From a virus: a DNA stretch of 64,000 nucleotides. Below the pieces are notes generated by a model. The model saw only the letters and a list, made by a program, of their open reading frames with translations. It made no database searches and was not told where the DNA came from. The stretch spans positions 32,001 through 96,000 of IMG/VR virus record IMGVR_UViG_3300030106_005509, one strand, 5' to 3'. Positions 39,282 to 49,197 of this stretch are shown piece by piece. A program made the position numbers and the translations under genes. How positions within the stretch are numbered: the stretch's first letter is position 1; every line of letters starts with the position of its first letter.

Positions 39282-40213
39282 GAGTATTGATGCCTAATTT
39301 GTAAGATTGGTGCTACTTTAATTAACTCGTCGATGCCGGTTTTCATGTCTACGTCGCAGGTAAACCCTTCGGCTTCTAGTTTATCATAACTAACTTCATA
39401 GTCTCTTTGGTCAGCGTCTGTTCCGATTTCTTCGTAATGTACGAAACACCCTGTCTTTTCTTTTACATACTCAGCAAGCTCTCTTTTTGTCCAATTCAAA
39501 TGATTAGCCCCACAGTTATATGTTTTGTGTTTCCAGTTACCCATATTCTCTACACCCATAGTAAAAGCCTTAGCCATATCTCTTACATGGATAAAAGTTC
39601 TGCGGAAATCTGCTTGAAAAATAGTGAGTATGCGATTGGTAATAGCTTGATACACAAAATCGTTTACAAGCAAATTCACCCGCATACATGGGCTAACACC
39701 GAAGCCGGTTGCAAAGCGGAAAGATACGGTATTATCTTGAGTAGCTACCATTTCTTCTGCGACCCGTTTATTAACACCGTAAAGAGATACGGCGTTCAAG
39801 GGTGACTCTTCAGTACAGGTTCCCTTTACTCTTCCGTAAACGCTTCCTGTCGAGGCGTACACCAAAGGTATATCTGGATTGTATGCTTCTCTTGCAAAGA
39901 TAATATTTCTCGTACCCTCTACATTTACTTCCGTAGCCAGCGCAGGTTGGGATTTGCAAGCCGGAAAGCCAACAATAGCAGCGAGATGAATAATAGCGTC
40001 ACACCCACGTACAGCCTCCTTCATTTGTTCCAAAACAGTAACATCTCCATATTCAAACTCAAATCTTGGGTTTGTTGCTAATGGAATAATTGCGTCACAT
40101 TGACCCTTATGAAAGTTGTCAACACACTTTACTTCATAACCTTTGTCTAATAGATGTCGGCATAGTACGTTTCCTACATACCCGCCTCCTCCTGTTACTA
40201 ATATTTTAGACAT
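39278..40213 (-). CDS. NAD-dependent sugar epimerase/dehydratase (extended SDR)
   Basis: VTGGGGYVG, HLAAIVGFPAC, YASTGSVYG, YGVNK, RTFIHVRD. Confidence 0.85.
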   Translation of the reverse strand: MSKILVTGGGGYVGNVLCRHLLDKGYEVKCVDNFHKGQCDAIIPLATNPRFEFEYGDVTVLEQMKEAVRGCDAIIHLAAIVGFPACKSQPALATEVNVEGTRNIIFAREAYNPDIPLVYASTGSVYGRVKGTCTEESPLNAVSLYGVNKRVAEEMVATQDNTVSFRFATGFGVSPCMRVNLLVNDFVYQAITNRILTIFQADFRRTFIHVRDMAKAFTMGVENMGNWKHKTYNCGANHLNWTKRELAEYVKEKTGCFVHYEEIGTDADQRDYEVSYDKLEAEGFTCDVDMKTGIDELIKVAPILQIRHQYS

Positions 40214-40331
40214 TATTTCTCCTGTAAGCTACGAAAGCTAAAAATATACAAGTGGATTGCACCACCGGAAATTGCACTGTAAATAAAATTGCCATCAAAG
40301 AAATAAAACCCATGTCCCTGCCTCTTCTCAT
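40206..40331 (-). CDS. small hydrophobic protein, 41 aa (absent from the ORF track)
   Basis: The ATG overlaps the upstream stop (ATGA). It translates to MRRGRDMGFISLMAILFTVQFPVVQSTCIFLAFVAYRRNNV* and fills the only sizeable gap in the cluster. Confidence 0.5.
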   Translation of the reverse strand: MRRGRDMGFISLMAILFTVQFPVVQSTCIFLAFVAYRRNNV

Positions 40332-41095
40332 AGGTTTTCCATTGACGTTATCGTTGCTGTATCTTCTAGAACTTTATCGTATTCATTATATCCTACACAA
40401 GCTCTATAGCACAAAAAACTACCCATGTCTGTTATCTCTACAAGCTGGCAGTTGTCTTTCATTATTTCTATCGACCTTGAATTGTCTATATCAACACCTT
40501 TGTGCATGAGGTAGCATATAAACAAAAATGACTCTGGAGCTAAACCGTCATGGTCGTAGTTTTCGATTACTGGATTATCTTTGCCAGAACTTTCCTCACA
40601 TATTCTAACCGCATTATTAAAAAGACCTTTGACATCTTCTGTTTTGCCGCCAATAACGTGGTCTGATGGGTGAAACTTACAAAACTCATCTGATGTAAAC
40701 AGAAAGTTATTGGTTGTTAGCTTGTCTGGCGATGATTTCATAACCTCTATAAATTTGGAAAGGTCAGTATAGATTTCATCACATCTAGCTTTTATCACAA
40801 ACTCGGTGTCTACCACCTCAATGCCATTTAGAGATGTCGCTGCTTGATAGGCTAGGTTTGAATGGTTGTAGTACCCTTCGTATTTGTCAATCGAGTCTTC
40901 AACGTAACCTATGTCATTCTTAGCTAGAAATCTTTTTGATGGTTTAACTCTATGATGATCCCAAGTAGATATTACTATCTTCCCTACATACTTTTTATAG
41001 TTTTGTATTTTTTTGGGTGATAGGACAGGCGCTATTTTGCCTGACATGCTCAGTAAAGGTCCCTGTAATACAAGTGTTACATCATCGTGTTTCAT
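40328..41095 (-). CDS. WavE-like LPS synthesis family protein
   Basis: VTLVLQGP, IVISTW, N.AYQ..TSLNG, VIKARCD, FHPSDHVIGG. Confidence 0.7.
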   Translation of the reverse strand: MKHDDVTLVLQGPLLSMSGKIAPVLSPKKIQNYKKYVGKIVISTWDHHRVKPSKRFLAKNDIGYVEDSIDKYEGYYNHSNLAYQAATSLNGIEVVDTEFVIKARCDEIYTDLSKFIEVMKSSPDKLTTNNFLFTSDEFCKFHPSDHVIGGKTEDVKGLFNNAVRICEESSGKDNPVIENYDHDGLAPESFLFICYLMHKGVDIDNSRSIEIMKDNCQLVEITDMGSFLCYRACVGYNEYDKVLEDTATITSMENL

Positions 41096-41552
41096 TAAAT
41101 CCTAAGCCTTCTCCAGCCCGTCTACCTGAGTATACGCCTACATAATCTGAACATATGGCGTGGCAGTCAGATATAGTGTCCATTGATATTAATTCTGGTT
41201 TCATACATATCACATTTTCTCCAGTCGCGTATCCGGGATAGCTTATAATCAAACCTCTGCTCGTGATAGTATAGTAATCTTCTTGATGCCAAAAGCAATG
41301 AACATCAAGTTCAAGCAGTGACTTTAAAGCATCTAAATTCTTTGCGTGAACTAACAGGTTTTTCTTTTTTAAATAGGATTCGTCTACTCCATACATAGGA
41401 CCGTCGTGACCTAAAAACCAACTATCTTTTATTTTCCACACATCTATTTCTACATGGTAGTTATCTTCGATAGCAGAATCTATATAGATAGGATTGTTTT
41501 CAAGTTTAGGTTCTGGCCCAAAGGTGTTGCCTCTGTGTGATATCAATATCAT
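41082..41552 (-). CDS. glycerophosphodiester phosphodiesterase-like small protein
   Basis: ISHRGN...ENNP.YI..A...VEIDVW...LGHD; C-terminal ICSDY. Confidence 0.7.
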   Translation of the reverse strand: MILISHRGNTFGPEPKLENNPIYIDSAIEDNYHVEIDVWKIKDSWFLGHDGPMYGVDESYLKKKNLLVHAKNLDALKSLLELDVHCFWHQEDYYTITSRGLIISYPGYATGENVICMKPELISMDTISDCHAICSDYVGVYSGRRAGEGLGFNETR

Positions 41553-42337
41553 ATTTCTACCATCCCTCCAAAGTCTTCCATCATGGTAAAGTTAATTCCA
41601 TAAAAATCAAATAACTGTCTAGTATAGCTCCATCCTTCATACTCCCTAGTAATTCCAACAGTATGAACTTCTTTAATATCATTTAGCCAAAGCCAATTTA
41701 CTAAGAAGTGTAGAGAGCTACAATGATTCCTAAGCGTGCCATCTCTCTTCAAAAAATCGTCGATTGGGAGATGAACTAGATCAACATCTTCTCGCTTAAA
41801 GACTTCTATTTTGTATTCATCTTTTATATCTATTACTTTTTCTACATCCTCGTAGTTTACATGAGGGTGGAGTATTCTACATCCATGCTCGTCTAAAACC
41901 AGAGGCTTTTTATAGTCCTGAAACTCCACCATGTGAGCAAGCATATTTGAGTGCTTTGGGCTTTTCTTGTAGATGTATTGGACATCAGACCAATCTTTAC
42001 TAGAGCCAATATTAAATGAGCCTGTATTAAAGCTGTAGATCGGGCTTGTATTTGCTATCTCTTTTATTCCAGACTTATCGCCTGTCCAATATCTAAGAGT
42101 GAAGCAGTGGGGAACTAAGAACTTGTTCCACCTGTCAGAAAAGTTGGATATGTTGTGAACAAACCTAACAAGGTCTAGGCATGTAACAATGTCTACCTTG
42201 TCTATAGCGTGTATCGCTCTTCCTGTACATAGAGTAAAGTATTTGCTTGTGACTTCTGGTGTGAGATATTCTTCGGATGCAGGTCCCGAACCAATCAGTA
42301 AGACTGGCTTATTTATCTTCACCTTTTCCAGATCCAC
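41549..42337 (-). CDS. hypothetical, possibly GT42/Maf-like transferase fold
   Basis: N-terminal VLLIGSGPA and C-terminal S.....V..L....IKEVHTVGI pattern; weak similarity. Confidence 0.45.
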   Translation of the reverse strand: MDLEKVKINKPVLLIGSGPASEEYLTPEVTSKYFTLCTGRAIHAIDKVDIVTCLDLVRFVHNISNFSDRWNKFLVPHCFTLRYWTGDKSGIKEIANTSPIYSFNTGSFNIGSSKDWSDVQYIYKKSPKHSNMLAHMVEFQDYKKPLVLDEHGCRILHPHVNYEDVEKVIDIKDEYKIEVFKREDVDLVHLPIDDFLKRDGTLRNHCSSLHFLVNWLWLNDIKEVHTVGITREYEGWSYTRQLFDFYGINFTMMEDFGGMVEI

Positions 42338-42689
42338 CGCTATCTTTCCTTACTATATCTTTTGGGTCTAGTCCGTCTATCCAGTATACCTCTAAAGCTT
42401 TAGTGTCTTCCATAGCTATAAATCTATGGTCTATTCCGGGAGGTACATCTGAGAACATTCCATCGGTTAAGATTGTCTCATCTTCACTATCCTGCTTATA
42501 TATAATAACCTTCAAAGCACCCTCAAGCACAATAAATCTGTTCCATTTGTTTTCATGGTGATGACGAGAGCAGTACCCATCCTTCTGCGCCTCTATATAA
42601 TGTACTTCGCTGGTATAGTTTTCAAAGAAGCATCTTGTTGATCCCCAAAATTTACCTTGAACAGCTCCGGTTAATGTTTTATGACCCAT
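42309..42689 (-). CDS. cupin-fold protein (sugar isomerase-like)
   Basis: KFWG...CSRHHHENKWNRFIVLEG...VPPGIDHRF. Confidence 0.75.
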   Translation of the reverse strand: MGHKTLTGAVQGKFWGSTRCFFENYTSEVHYIEAQKDGYCSRHHHENKWNRFIVLEGALKVIIYKQDSEDETILTDGMFSDVPPGIDHRFIAMEDTKALEVYWIDGLDPKDIVRKDSGGSGKGEDK

Positions 42690-43617
42690 TTAATTCCTCC
42701 TCAAAAACTTCCTTAAGATTTTCAAACATAGTGCCTTCTTCTATTTCTTTCATTTTATACTGAAAATAAGAAAGAGACCTTCCTAAAGAATGCTTTTCTT
42801 CAAGCGTTGGTTTGTATATATCGTTTATGTGGTTAAGTTTGGTACTAGAAATAGGCTTCGCTATAGCGTCTCCCAAAACAATAGTTGGAACACCATAAAA
42901 ATTAGCTTCTAGAGCCGCATTACTAGTATGTGTTATTACGCAGTATAAGTCTTTTTTTAGTAGTTCGTGAAACTTTACTTTACGACTACCTATGTATATA
43001 GTTCCTTCGACATCCTCTTTTGCGTTCCAGCTGGGCTTAGGTCTGTATATTATTGTTCTGTCTGTCAGCTCACCAAGCTTCTTTACAACGCCTCTCGCAA
43101 AAGTAGTAGGATCTTCAATATCCATGTATAGATGGTACTTTGCAGAGCTTCCTGCGAGTAGTATAAACTCTCCATCTTTTTTATGATGAGGCTTAGGGTC
43201 TAAAGTTTCTATACTTATTAATTTTCCATCTTTTGTATTTTTTCTTATTGGTATACTTAGCAGCTCTTTCCATCTGTCATTTCTATCGCTAAATTTTTTT
43301 AAGTATTTTAGGGGTTGCCAGTTATTGGGACTAAATCTTATAAAGGCTTCAGGATCTCTAAGCCTTGCGTTTCTACAGTAACCTTTGTCCATGTAAATAT
43401 AAGGCTTGCCATATTCAATCGCTAAGTCTCTTATCCAGTCTCCAGTTATAGTAAATACAAATACAAAATCGTAATTTTTAATACAATCTGGATTTTTAGA
43501 AAGCTCATCTCTTAGGATGATATCAACTTTTTGCCCGTGTTTTTCTAAACCACTCTTTAGGACTTCTGAAAGTAGAAGAAAGTATTTGCTGTCTTTTATA
43601 GGTAGTAGAAATTTCAT
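42679..43617 (-). CDS. KpsS/Capsule_synth-like putative glycosyltransferase (paralog 1)
   Basis: TDRTIIYRPKP...CVITHTSNAALEANFYGVPTIV; start assigned to the ATG at 43617 (TAATG overlap). Confidence 0.55.
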   Translation of the reverse strand: MKFLLPIKDSKYFLLLSEVLKSGLEKHGQKVDIILRDELSKNPDCIKNYDFVFVFTITGDWIRDLAIEYGKPYIYMDKGYCRNARLRDPEAFIRFSPNNWQPLKYLKKFSDRNDRWKELLSIPIRKNTKDGKLISIETLDPKPHHKKDGEFILLAGSSAKYHLYMDIEDPTTFARGVVKKLGELTDRTIIYRPKPSWNAKEDVEGTIYIGSRKVKFHELLKKDLYCVITHTSNAALEANFYGVPTIVLGDAIAKPISSTKLNHINDIYKPTLEEKHSLGRSLSYFQYKMKEIEEGTMFENLKEVFEEELNGS

Positions 43618-44606
43618 TAATCTGCTAACCATTTAGGGTTTTTTAAAGTCCATTGTATTGTCTTTTTTATTGACTCCTCAAAGGACACTGGGTACTTATA
43701 ACCCATTCTCCACAGCTTTGTGTCTTCTAAAGCGTACCTTAAATCATGTCCGGGTCTAGATGAGTGAAAGTCTACTAGTTCATAGTTCAACTCTTTGCCT
43801 AAAATGTCTGCCACAGTCTGCGCAAGCTCTAGATTAGAAAGCTCTTTTTGACCCACAAGATTATACTTGTCTCCAGCTTCTGCTTTTTCTGTCAAGAATA
43901 AAGATACGTCAGCTACGTTTCTTGCGTGTACATAAAACCTTGTTCCCGGATTCTTGTCAGGGTCTGAGTGTATGTACACCTTCTCGCCAGCCAGTATTTT
44001 TTTTATGCAAAGAGGCAAATATTTTTCGGGATGCTGTCTCTCACCAATAACATTCATACAGTTAGTTGTTACAATAGGTAACCCGTAAGTATTATGAAAG
44101 GCAATGCCTAGCTGCTCTGCTCCGGCTTTACTAGCAGAATATGGATTTTTTGCTTTATGACGATCCCATTCTTTGTAGGCAGTTCCTACTGGTGCATCAC
44201 CAAACACTTCATCTGTACTAAAATTCTGTATGTAGTCGATTGTGTCGCAGTTTCTGGCGAAGTTAAATAAGTTGCAAGAGCCTACCACGTTATCGTAGAC
44301 GAAGCTTAAAGGGTCTTCAATGCTCCTGTCTACGTGAGAAGACGCAGCTAAATGAAAAACAATGCTGACATTACCTATTTGCCTTGCTAGTTGTGAATTT
44401 ATTTCAGCCTTTAAATCGTGATATAAAAACTTAAATTTCTTTTTCCAAGAAGGGTTAGCATCTAGAAACTCTGATATCCGGTTTAGATTGCCAGATGTGT
44501 CTAACCTGTCCAAGCAAACTACAAACCAGTCTGTGTTTTTTAATATATGTTCTATGAGGTGATGACCGATAAAACCAGCACCACCAGTAACTAAGACTTT
44601 TTGCAT
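43617..44606 (-). CDS. rmlB: dTDP-glucose 4,6-dehydratase
   Basis: VTGGAGFIG, HLAASSHVDRSI, STDEVFG, PYSASKA, RPGHDLRY. Confidence 0.85.
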   Translation of the reverse strand: MQKVLVTGGAGFIGHHLIEHILKNTDWFVVCLDRLDTSGNLNRISEFLDANPSWKKKFKFLYHDLKAEINSQLARQIGNVSIVFHLAASSHVDRSIEDPLSFVYDNVVGSCNLFNFARNCDTIDYIQNFSTDEVFGDAPVGTAYKEWDRHKAKNPYSASKAGAEQLGIAFHNTYGLPIVTTNCMNVIGERQHPEKYLPLCIKKILAGEKVYIHSDPDKNPGTRFYVHARNVADVSLFLTEKAEAGDKYNLVGQKELSNLELAQTVADILGKELNYELVDFHSSRPGHDLRYALEDTKLWRMGYKYPVSFEESIKKTIQWTLKNPKWLAD

Positions 44607-45172
44607 TTTATAAACTCTTTAAATTTTTCGCTAAGCTCAAACTCTCCTCTATTATACATCCTTGGAGGGTACTTATAACACTTTTCTATTTGTTTTTCTT
44701 CCATGCTCTCTAGCAACTTTAAACTGCTATAGACAAAAGAAGGCGCTATTTCTAGCATTCTTTTATACAGGTCAAAAGAACAATCAGTGTCTAATACCGG
44801 ATATGTTATCTTGCTTATTATTGGGCCATAATCAAGGTCTCTAGTCATTTTATGAAAAGTGAGACCCTGTTCGTTGTCTTTGTTTTTAATTGTATGATCT
44901 AGTATGTCTCTACCTCCATAGTCTGGTAGAAGACCGGTATGTAGATTGTAAGCGTTTGATGTGTCCTCAACAAAAATATCGTATTGTAAAGAAAGCTTTA
45001 TATCGCATGGGGTATCAACTTCTACCTGTTTAAGTGGCACTTTTCCATTAACAGGTGTATTCCTACAAGGTACATAACCAATTAAGTTATAATCACCCAT
45101 GTCTAGGATATGTTTGACGGCAAGCTCTGTTAGGTATGAAGAGCCTAATATGAGTATGTCAAAGCTCCTCAT
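44591..45172 (-). CDS. sugar N-formyltransferase (Formyl_trans_N)
   Basis: NLHTGLLPDYGG and GLTFHKMTRDLDYGPII. Confidence 0.8.
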   Translation of the reverse strand: MRSFDILILGSSYLTELAVKHILDMGDYNLIGYVPCRNTPVNGKVPLKQVEVDTPCDIKLSLQYDIFVEDTSNAYNLHTGLLPDYGGRDILDHTIKNKDNEQGLTFHKMTRDLDYGPIISKITYPVLDTDCSFDLYKRMLEIAPSFVYSSLKLLESMEEKQIEKCYKYPPRMYNRGEFELSEKFKEFIKCKKS

Positions 45173-45785
45173 AGTATTCGCCTATCTTAAAGGACATCCC
45201 TTGAGTGACGCTTTTCTTACCTGTTGCTACGTATTTTGACTTAGGTAATACCCTAAAATCAAAGCTAACCCTAGTAGATCCTGTTTCGTTTTTCTTGTTT
45301 CCGTGTGCTAAGTTAGCTCCGTCCCACATATAGAACTCACCGTATTCCGCTTCCATAGGACTAAAGTCTTCTTTTCCTTCTTCACTTTCTACCCACACAG
45401 TATTTGAGCCAAAGGCTTTTGTTAACGGGACGAAAAAATTTACTTCATCTGTAAAATGATTGTAGTCCCTATCTCTGTGAAAAGCACCTACCGCAACATT
45501 GTTTCTTAGATGAACTCTAAAGGTAGGTTTTTTCTGAAAGATTATAGGTTCGTCAAACAGTGGTTTTATTTCATTTACTACAAACGCTCTAAAATTTAAA
45601 AAGAACAAATGATCTTCGGGAAGCTCGTAAAACTTTTTGTGATACTTTGAAGATTGATCTGTGTCTACATCGAATAGTTTTATTTCTTCATGTAGGCATG
45701 ACATATCTACACAGCCAAAAACCCTCTGCAATATTGAAGCAAACCTGTATTTAAATGATTTATATTTAAATTTATTCATTTCCAA
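45159..45785 (-). CDS. StrG/PhyH-like Fe(II) dioxygenase
   Basis: PTFRVH, FHRD (HxD), NFFVPLT, HGNKKNETGSTRVSFDFR. Confidence 0.7.
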   Translation of the reverse strand: MEMNKFKYKSFKYRFASILQRVFGCVDMSCLHEEIKLFDVDTDQSSKYHKKFYELPEDHLFFLNFRAFVVNEIKPLFDEPIIFQKKPTFRVHLRNNVAVGAFHRDRDYNHFTDEVNFFVPLTKAFGSNTVWVESEEGKEDFSPMEAEYGEFYMWDGANLAHGNKKNETGSTRVSFDFRVLPKSKYVATGKKSVTQGMSFKIGEYYEEL

Positions 45786-46579
45786 AAATATATTAAACCC
45801 CCTCTTCCATAAGCAGAATTCTTTTCATACTTGATGTTAAATTGTGACTCAATCCAACCAATTTGCACTTTGGTTATTTTGTTATTCATTACGCCTTCTA
45901 TATGTGGCGCCATTTTTCCCACAATTATTCCCATGCTACATTTTTTTATGATGTTGTCAAAATAGAATTTTTGTACATCGTGAGTTATCTCTGTAAAAGC
46001 AAAGTTAGATATGAACAAATCGTAATGAGTTTTTAGTTTGTTAATGTCTTTGTATGGATTTATATAGGTAATGTCGGGTGTTTTAAAGTTAGAAAGATAA
46101 GCTGACTGAAGTTTTAACATGTCTGGCAGATCTACGTGGGTGTAGCTCTTGTAACCAACGATGTCGTGAAAAATTTTAGCTTCTATTCCAAAGCCACATC
46201 CAACTTCTACTATGTCAAAGTCTGAGGAGAGGTTAAGATTCTCCTTTATTTTTGTTATATCGTACAACGGTGGAAAAACTGAGTCCGAGCAGTTAATCTT
46301 AAAATTTTCACGCTCAAAACTTTGAAGTACAGGATTGCCAAATGAGTCCCATTCTTTTATCTTGTCTAGGTTTTTAGTTAATATCTCTGGGTTGTTTTTT
46401 AATAGATAGCTTAATTCACCGTTTGCTCTCTTAGCGTTGTCTCCGCTTATGTTTCTACGCAAGCTTTCCATCTGTCTAAAGTTGGTATAATCTCCGCTTT
46501 CATGCAGTGAAGAAATATCATCTAAAAACTCTATTCTGTACTTTATAGTCCTATGCCAAGACTCTTCATGTGATTCCAT
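45776..46579 (-). CDS. putative sugar O-methyltransferase
   Basis: IVEVGCGFG, VDLP...LQ..YL, YDLFISNFAFTE. Confidence 0.7.
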   Translation of the reverse strand: MESHEESWHRTIKYRIEFLDDISSLHESGDYTNFRQMESLRRNISGDNAKRANGELSYLLKNNPEILTKNLDKIKEWDSFGNPVLQSFERENFKINCSDSVFPPLYDITKIKENLNLSSDFDIVEVGCGFGIEAKIFHDIVGYKSYTHVDLPDMLKLQSAYLSNFKTPDITYINPYKDINKLKTHYDLFISNFAFTEITHDVQKFYFDNIIKKCSMGIIVGKMAPHIEGVMNNKITKVQIGWIESQFNIKYEKNSAYGRGGLIYFWK

Positions 46580-46580
46580 T

Positions 46581-48620
46581 TTAACTCTCTCTACCCACGT
46601 AAAACTCTTTTATTTTAGTCACAACCTTTCTGATTCTGTGTGGTGTCATCCACCAGCCAACAGGGAGGCAAAGCATCTCGCGTGACACTTCGTTCATCAC
46701 AGAAAGCTTCCGTTTTGTTGAATACTTTTTGAATACTAGATGTTTGTCATTTCTAGAATGAACCACATTTGTTTGTACGCCTCGATCTAAAAGATATTTC
46801 TTCAATTCGTCTCGGTAGAGAGCCTTTATCGTGAACAGCCAGTAACTGGAATCAAATCCAAATTTGTTTTCTGGAAGTGTGACATAGCGTAAATCTTGAA
46901 GATTTTCATAATATGTATGAGCATGTTCTCTGTTTTGCTCTATACATCCTCCTACGTATGGCATATTTCCAATACCTATCGCAGAAGATATATCATTCAT
47001 ATGAAACTTGAAACCCAAATCTTTTATAGGCTGTCCGCTCCTAAAGTCTTCCTTGTTATCTCTGTCTATGCCAAACCATCTTTTTCTTCTTGCGATTGAT
47101 TTGAATTTAGGAGGCGTGATCAACAAACCTCCATCTCCAGTCGTTAGAGATTTAATAGCCTGAAAACTGAAACAGCTAAATGTATATTGATCTTTCAAGA
47201 CATTCCCTACATAAGAACCATTCCAAGTAGAACCCCAAGCGTGAGCGCAATCCTCAACCACATATAAAGGTTTTCCGTATTTTAGAAGATAGCCTTTTTT
47301 TATCTCTTCTAGTCTTTGGTAGTCTATCGGATATCCACCCCAATGCACGAAGCTTAATATCCTAGTATTTTCATTGAGTAGCTTTACTACTTTGTTCAAG
47401 TCAATATTAAAATTTGACGATTCTATATCACACCACTTTATAGACAAGCCATTAGACACTATTGGTAAAAGACCAGCTGCGCAGGTTAGTGGACTGCAAA
47501 TGACCTCGCATGATTCATCTAATTTTTCTGCTTCTTTTATCAAATCAAATGCAAGATGTAAAGCAGACGTACCAGAGTTAACGGTTACTATATTTTTATT
47601 AGCAAAATGATTGACAAGCTTTTTCTCAAAAATTTCATTAACACTACCCTGAGCTATATGACCAGATCTTAAAACTTTATGGCTTTCTGTTATTGCATCT
47701 TCGTGCATAAAAACCCTAAACAGGGGAACTACTAATTTTTTAGGTTTTGTTTTTCTTATATTCTGAATCATATCTACTACATGTGCCATGTATGATAATT
47801 CATTTTCAGGTTCAGTCCCCTTAGCTGAATACACTTCGTCTTTTTTATCTCTAGGCTTTACTTTCATCCTAATATGCGAACCAAAATACTCATTTCCTTC
47901 TTTCCAGAAGTAATTATTTTTTGCGGCTTGTGGTGATTTCACGCCGTATGCACTGGACAAAGAATTCTTTGTATATGGAAATTTTACATGTGGCCTTGCC
48001 GATAACTGATCTCTTACTTTACTGTCTTCTACTGATTGCTCAACATATCCGTAATCATATTCTAAGTGTTCTAAGTATACTTTTGTACCAGTGTCACCTT
48101 TGTACAAATCTGTAGGCTGTGGAGTAAAATCAAATTTAGAAATATCTACTTTTGTTGTGTCTACAAACATGCAGTAAACACACGGGAAAGTGTGACTAAC
48201 CCTATCAGCTGAATCTATAGCATACGGAGTACCGAAAAATGCTAAGTTGTTCTTATCCATATGGTCTATGATCTCTAATAGAGATGGGCCAATGAAAAAA
48301 TCTGGGTCTAGAAAAAGAACATACCTTGTTTTTATATGGCGTATAGTTTTGTTTAGACCTGCTGCATGATGAAAGCTTCCTACATGTATAGCTCTATTTT
48401 TTTGGGGAACCTCTACTTTTGACTGATCAACACCCTCAATAATCTTGAAATTAGGAATACTCTCAACCATACCCAAACTCTTCGAGGGTTGATTATTTGC
48501 GACTACCCATTGCAAACCGTCTGTTGAGTATTCAGATATTAATTTCCAGTTTGATTCTAAAAAATTAGAGCAGTTCCAAGCTGCACTAGCTATCGTTAGA
48601 TCGCTAATCTGTACTGACAT
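46581..48620 (-). CDS. fusion of a GT-A (GT2-like) glycosyltransferase and a DegT/DnrJ/EryC1/StrS aminotransferase
   Basis: N-half HAAGLN...YVLFLDPDF; C-half NSGTSALHLA, VHWGG, EDCAHA, SFQAIKSLTTGDGG (PLP lysine). Confidence 0.8.
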   Translation of the reverse strand: MSVQISDLTIASAAWNCSNFLESNWKLISEYSTDGLQWVVANNQPSKSLGMVESIPNFKIIEGVDQSKVEVPQKNRAIHVGSFHHAAGLNKTIRHIKTRYVLFLDPDFFIGPSLLEIIDHMDKNNLAFFGTPYAIDSADRVSHTFPCVYCMFVDTTKVDISKFDFTPQPTDLYKGDTGTKVYLEHLEYDYGYVEQSVEDSKVRDQLSARPHVKFPYTKNSLSSAYGVKSPQAAKNNYFWKEGNEYFGSHIRMKVKPRDKKDEVYSAKGTEPENELSYMAHVVDMIQNIRKTKPKKLVVPLFRVFMHEDAITESHKVLRSGHIAQGSVNEIFEKKLVNHFANKNIVTVNSGTSALHLAFDLIKEAEKLDESCEVICSPLTCAAGLLPIVSNGLSIKWCDIESSNFNIDLNKVVKLLNENTRILSFVHWGGYPIDYQRLEEIKKGYLLKYGKPLYVVEDCAHAWGSTWNGSYVGNVLKDQYTFSCFSFQAIKSLTTGDGGLLITPPKFKSIARRKRWFGIDRDNKEDFRSGQPIKDLGFKFHMNDISSAIGIGNMPYVGGCIEQNREHAHTYYENLQDLRYVTLPENKFGFDSSYWLFTIKALYRDELKKYLLDRGVQTNVVHSRNDKHLVFKKYSTKRKLSVMNEVSREMLCLPVGWWMTPHRIRKVVTKIKEFYVGRES

Positions 48621-49197
48621 TCTTTTTTACCTTTGCTAATCTAAGATGTATGTTGTTCTTCTCAACGATCTCTATAGGGTCTAGTCTATCCACCAAAAAA
48701 TTAGGATCTTTGTCAAGCTCGTCTATGAGTTTTTTGCATCCATAGTCATCTCTGTTTTCGTAATAGTCGTCAAATATAACAACTGTTTCGTCGTCCATGA
48801 ACTTTTCTACATTCTTCCAGTCACTTTCTATCGTTTCTACTGAATGTCCACCGTCAATAAAAACAAAGTCTATTTGTCTTTCTGGAGAGAATCTGGCTAA
48901 TGTTTTCACGGTATTCCCAGCAACCAATTTATGCTGTATACCCTCTCGTCTAAGTCGGCGCTTGGCTCTTCCAATATTGGCATGGCTTTTTCCATTAAAC
49001 TCCCTATCCATGAACTCTTCATTTCCCCAGTCAAATATGTCAAAGCCGTAATAGAATACGTCATCGTTATATTCTTTTGCCTTGTTAACCATAGTTATCG
49101 CACTGTTTCCACGATGCGTTCCAACCTCAAGTATGGTTTTAGGCTGTCTGCCTTCTACTTCTGCTATTAATGTTTTGTATCGCCCAAGTAATTCCAT
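48604..49197 (-). CDS. class I SAM-dependent methyltransferase (Methyltransf_24-like)
   Basis: LEVGTHRGNS, DFVFIDGGHS, VIFDDY. Confidence 0.8.
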   Translation of the reverse strand: MELLGRYKTLIAEVEGRQPKTILEVGTHRGNSAITMVNKAKEYNDDVFYYGFDIFDWGNEEFMDREFNGKSHANIGRAKRRLRREGIQHKLVAGNTVKTLARFSPERQIDFVFIDGGHSVETIESDWKNVEKFMDDETVVIFDDYYENRDDYGCKKLIDELDKDPNFLVDRLDPIEIVEKNNIHLRLAKVKKNVSTD

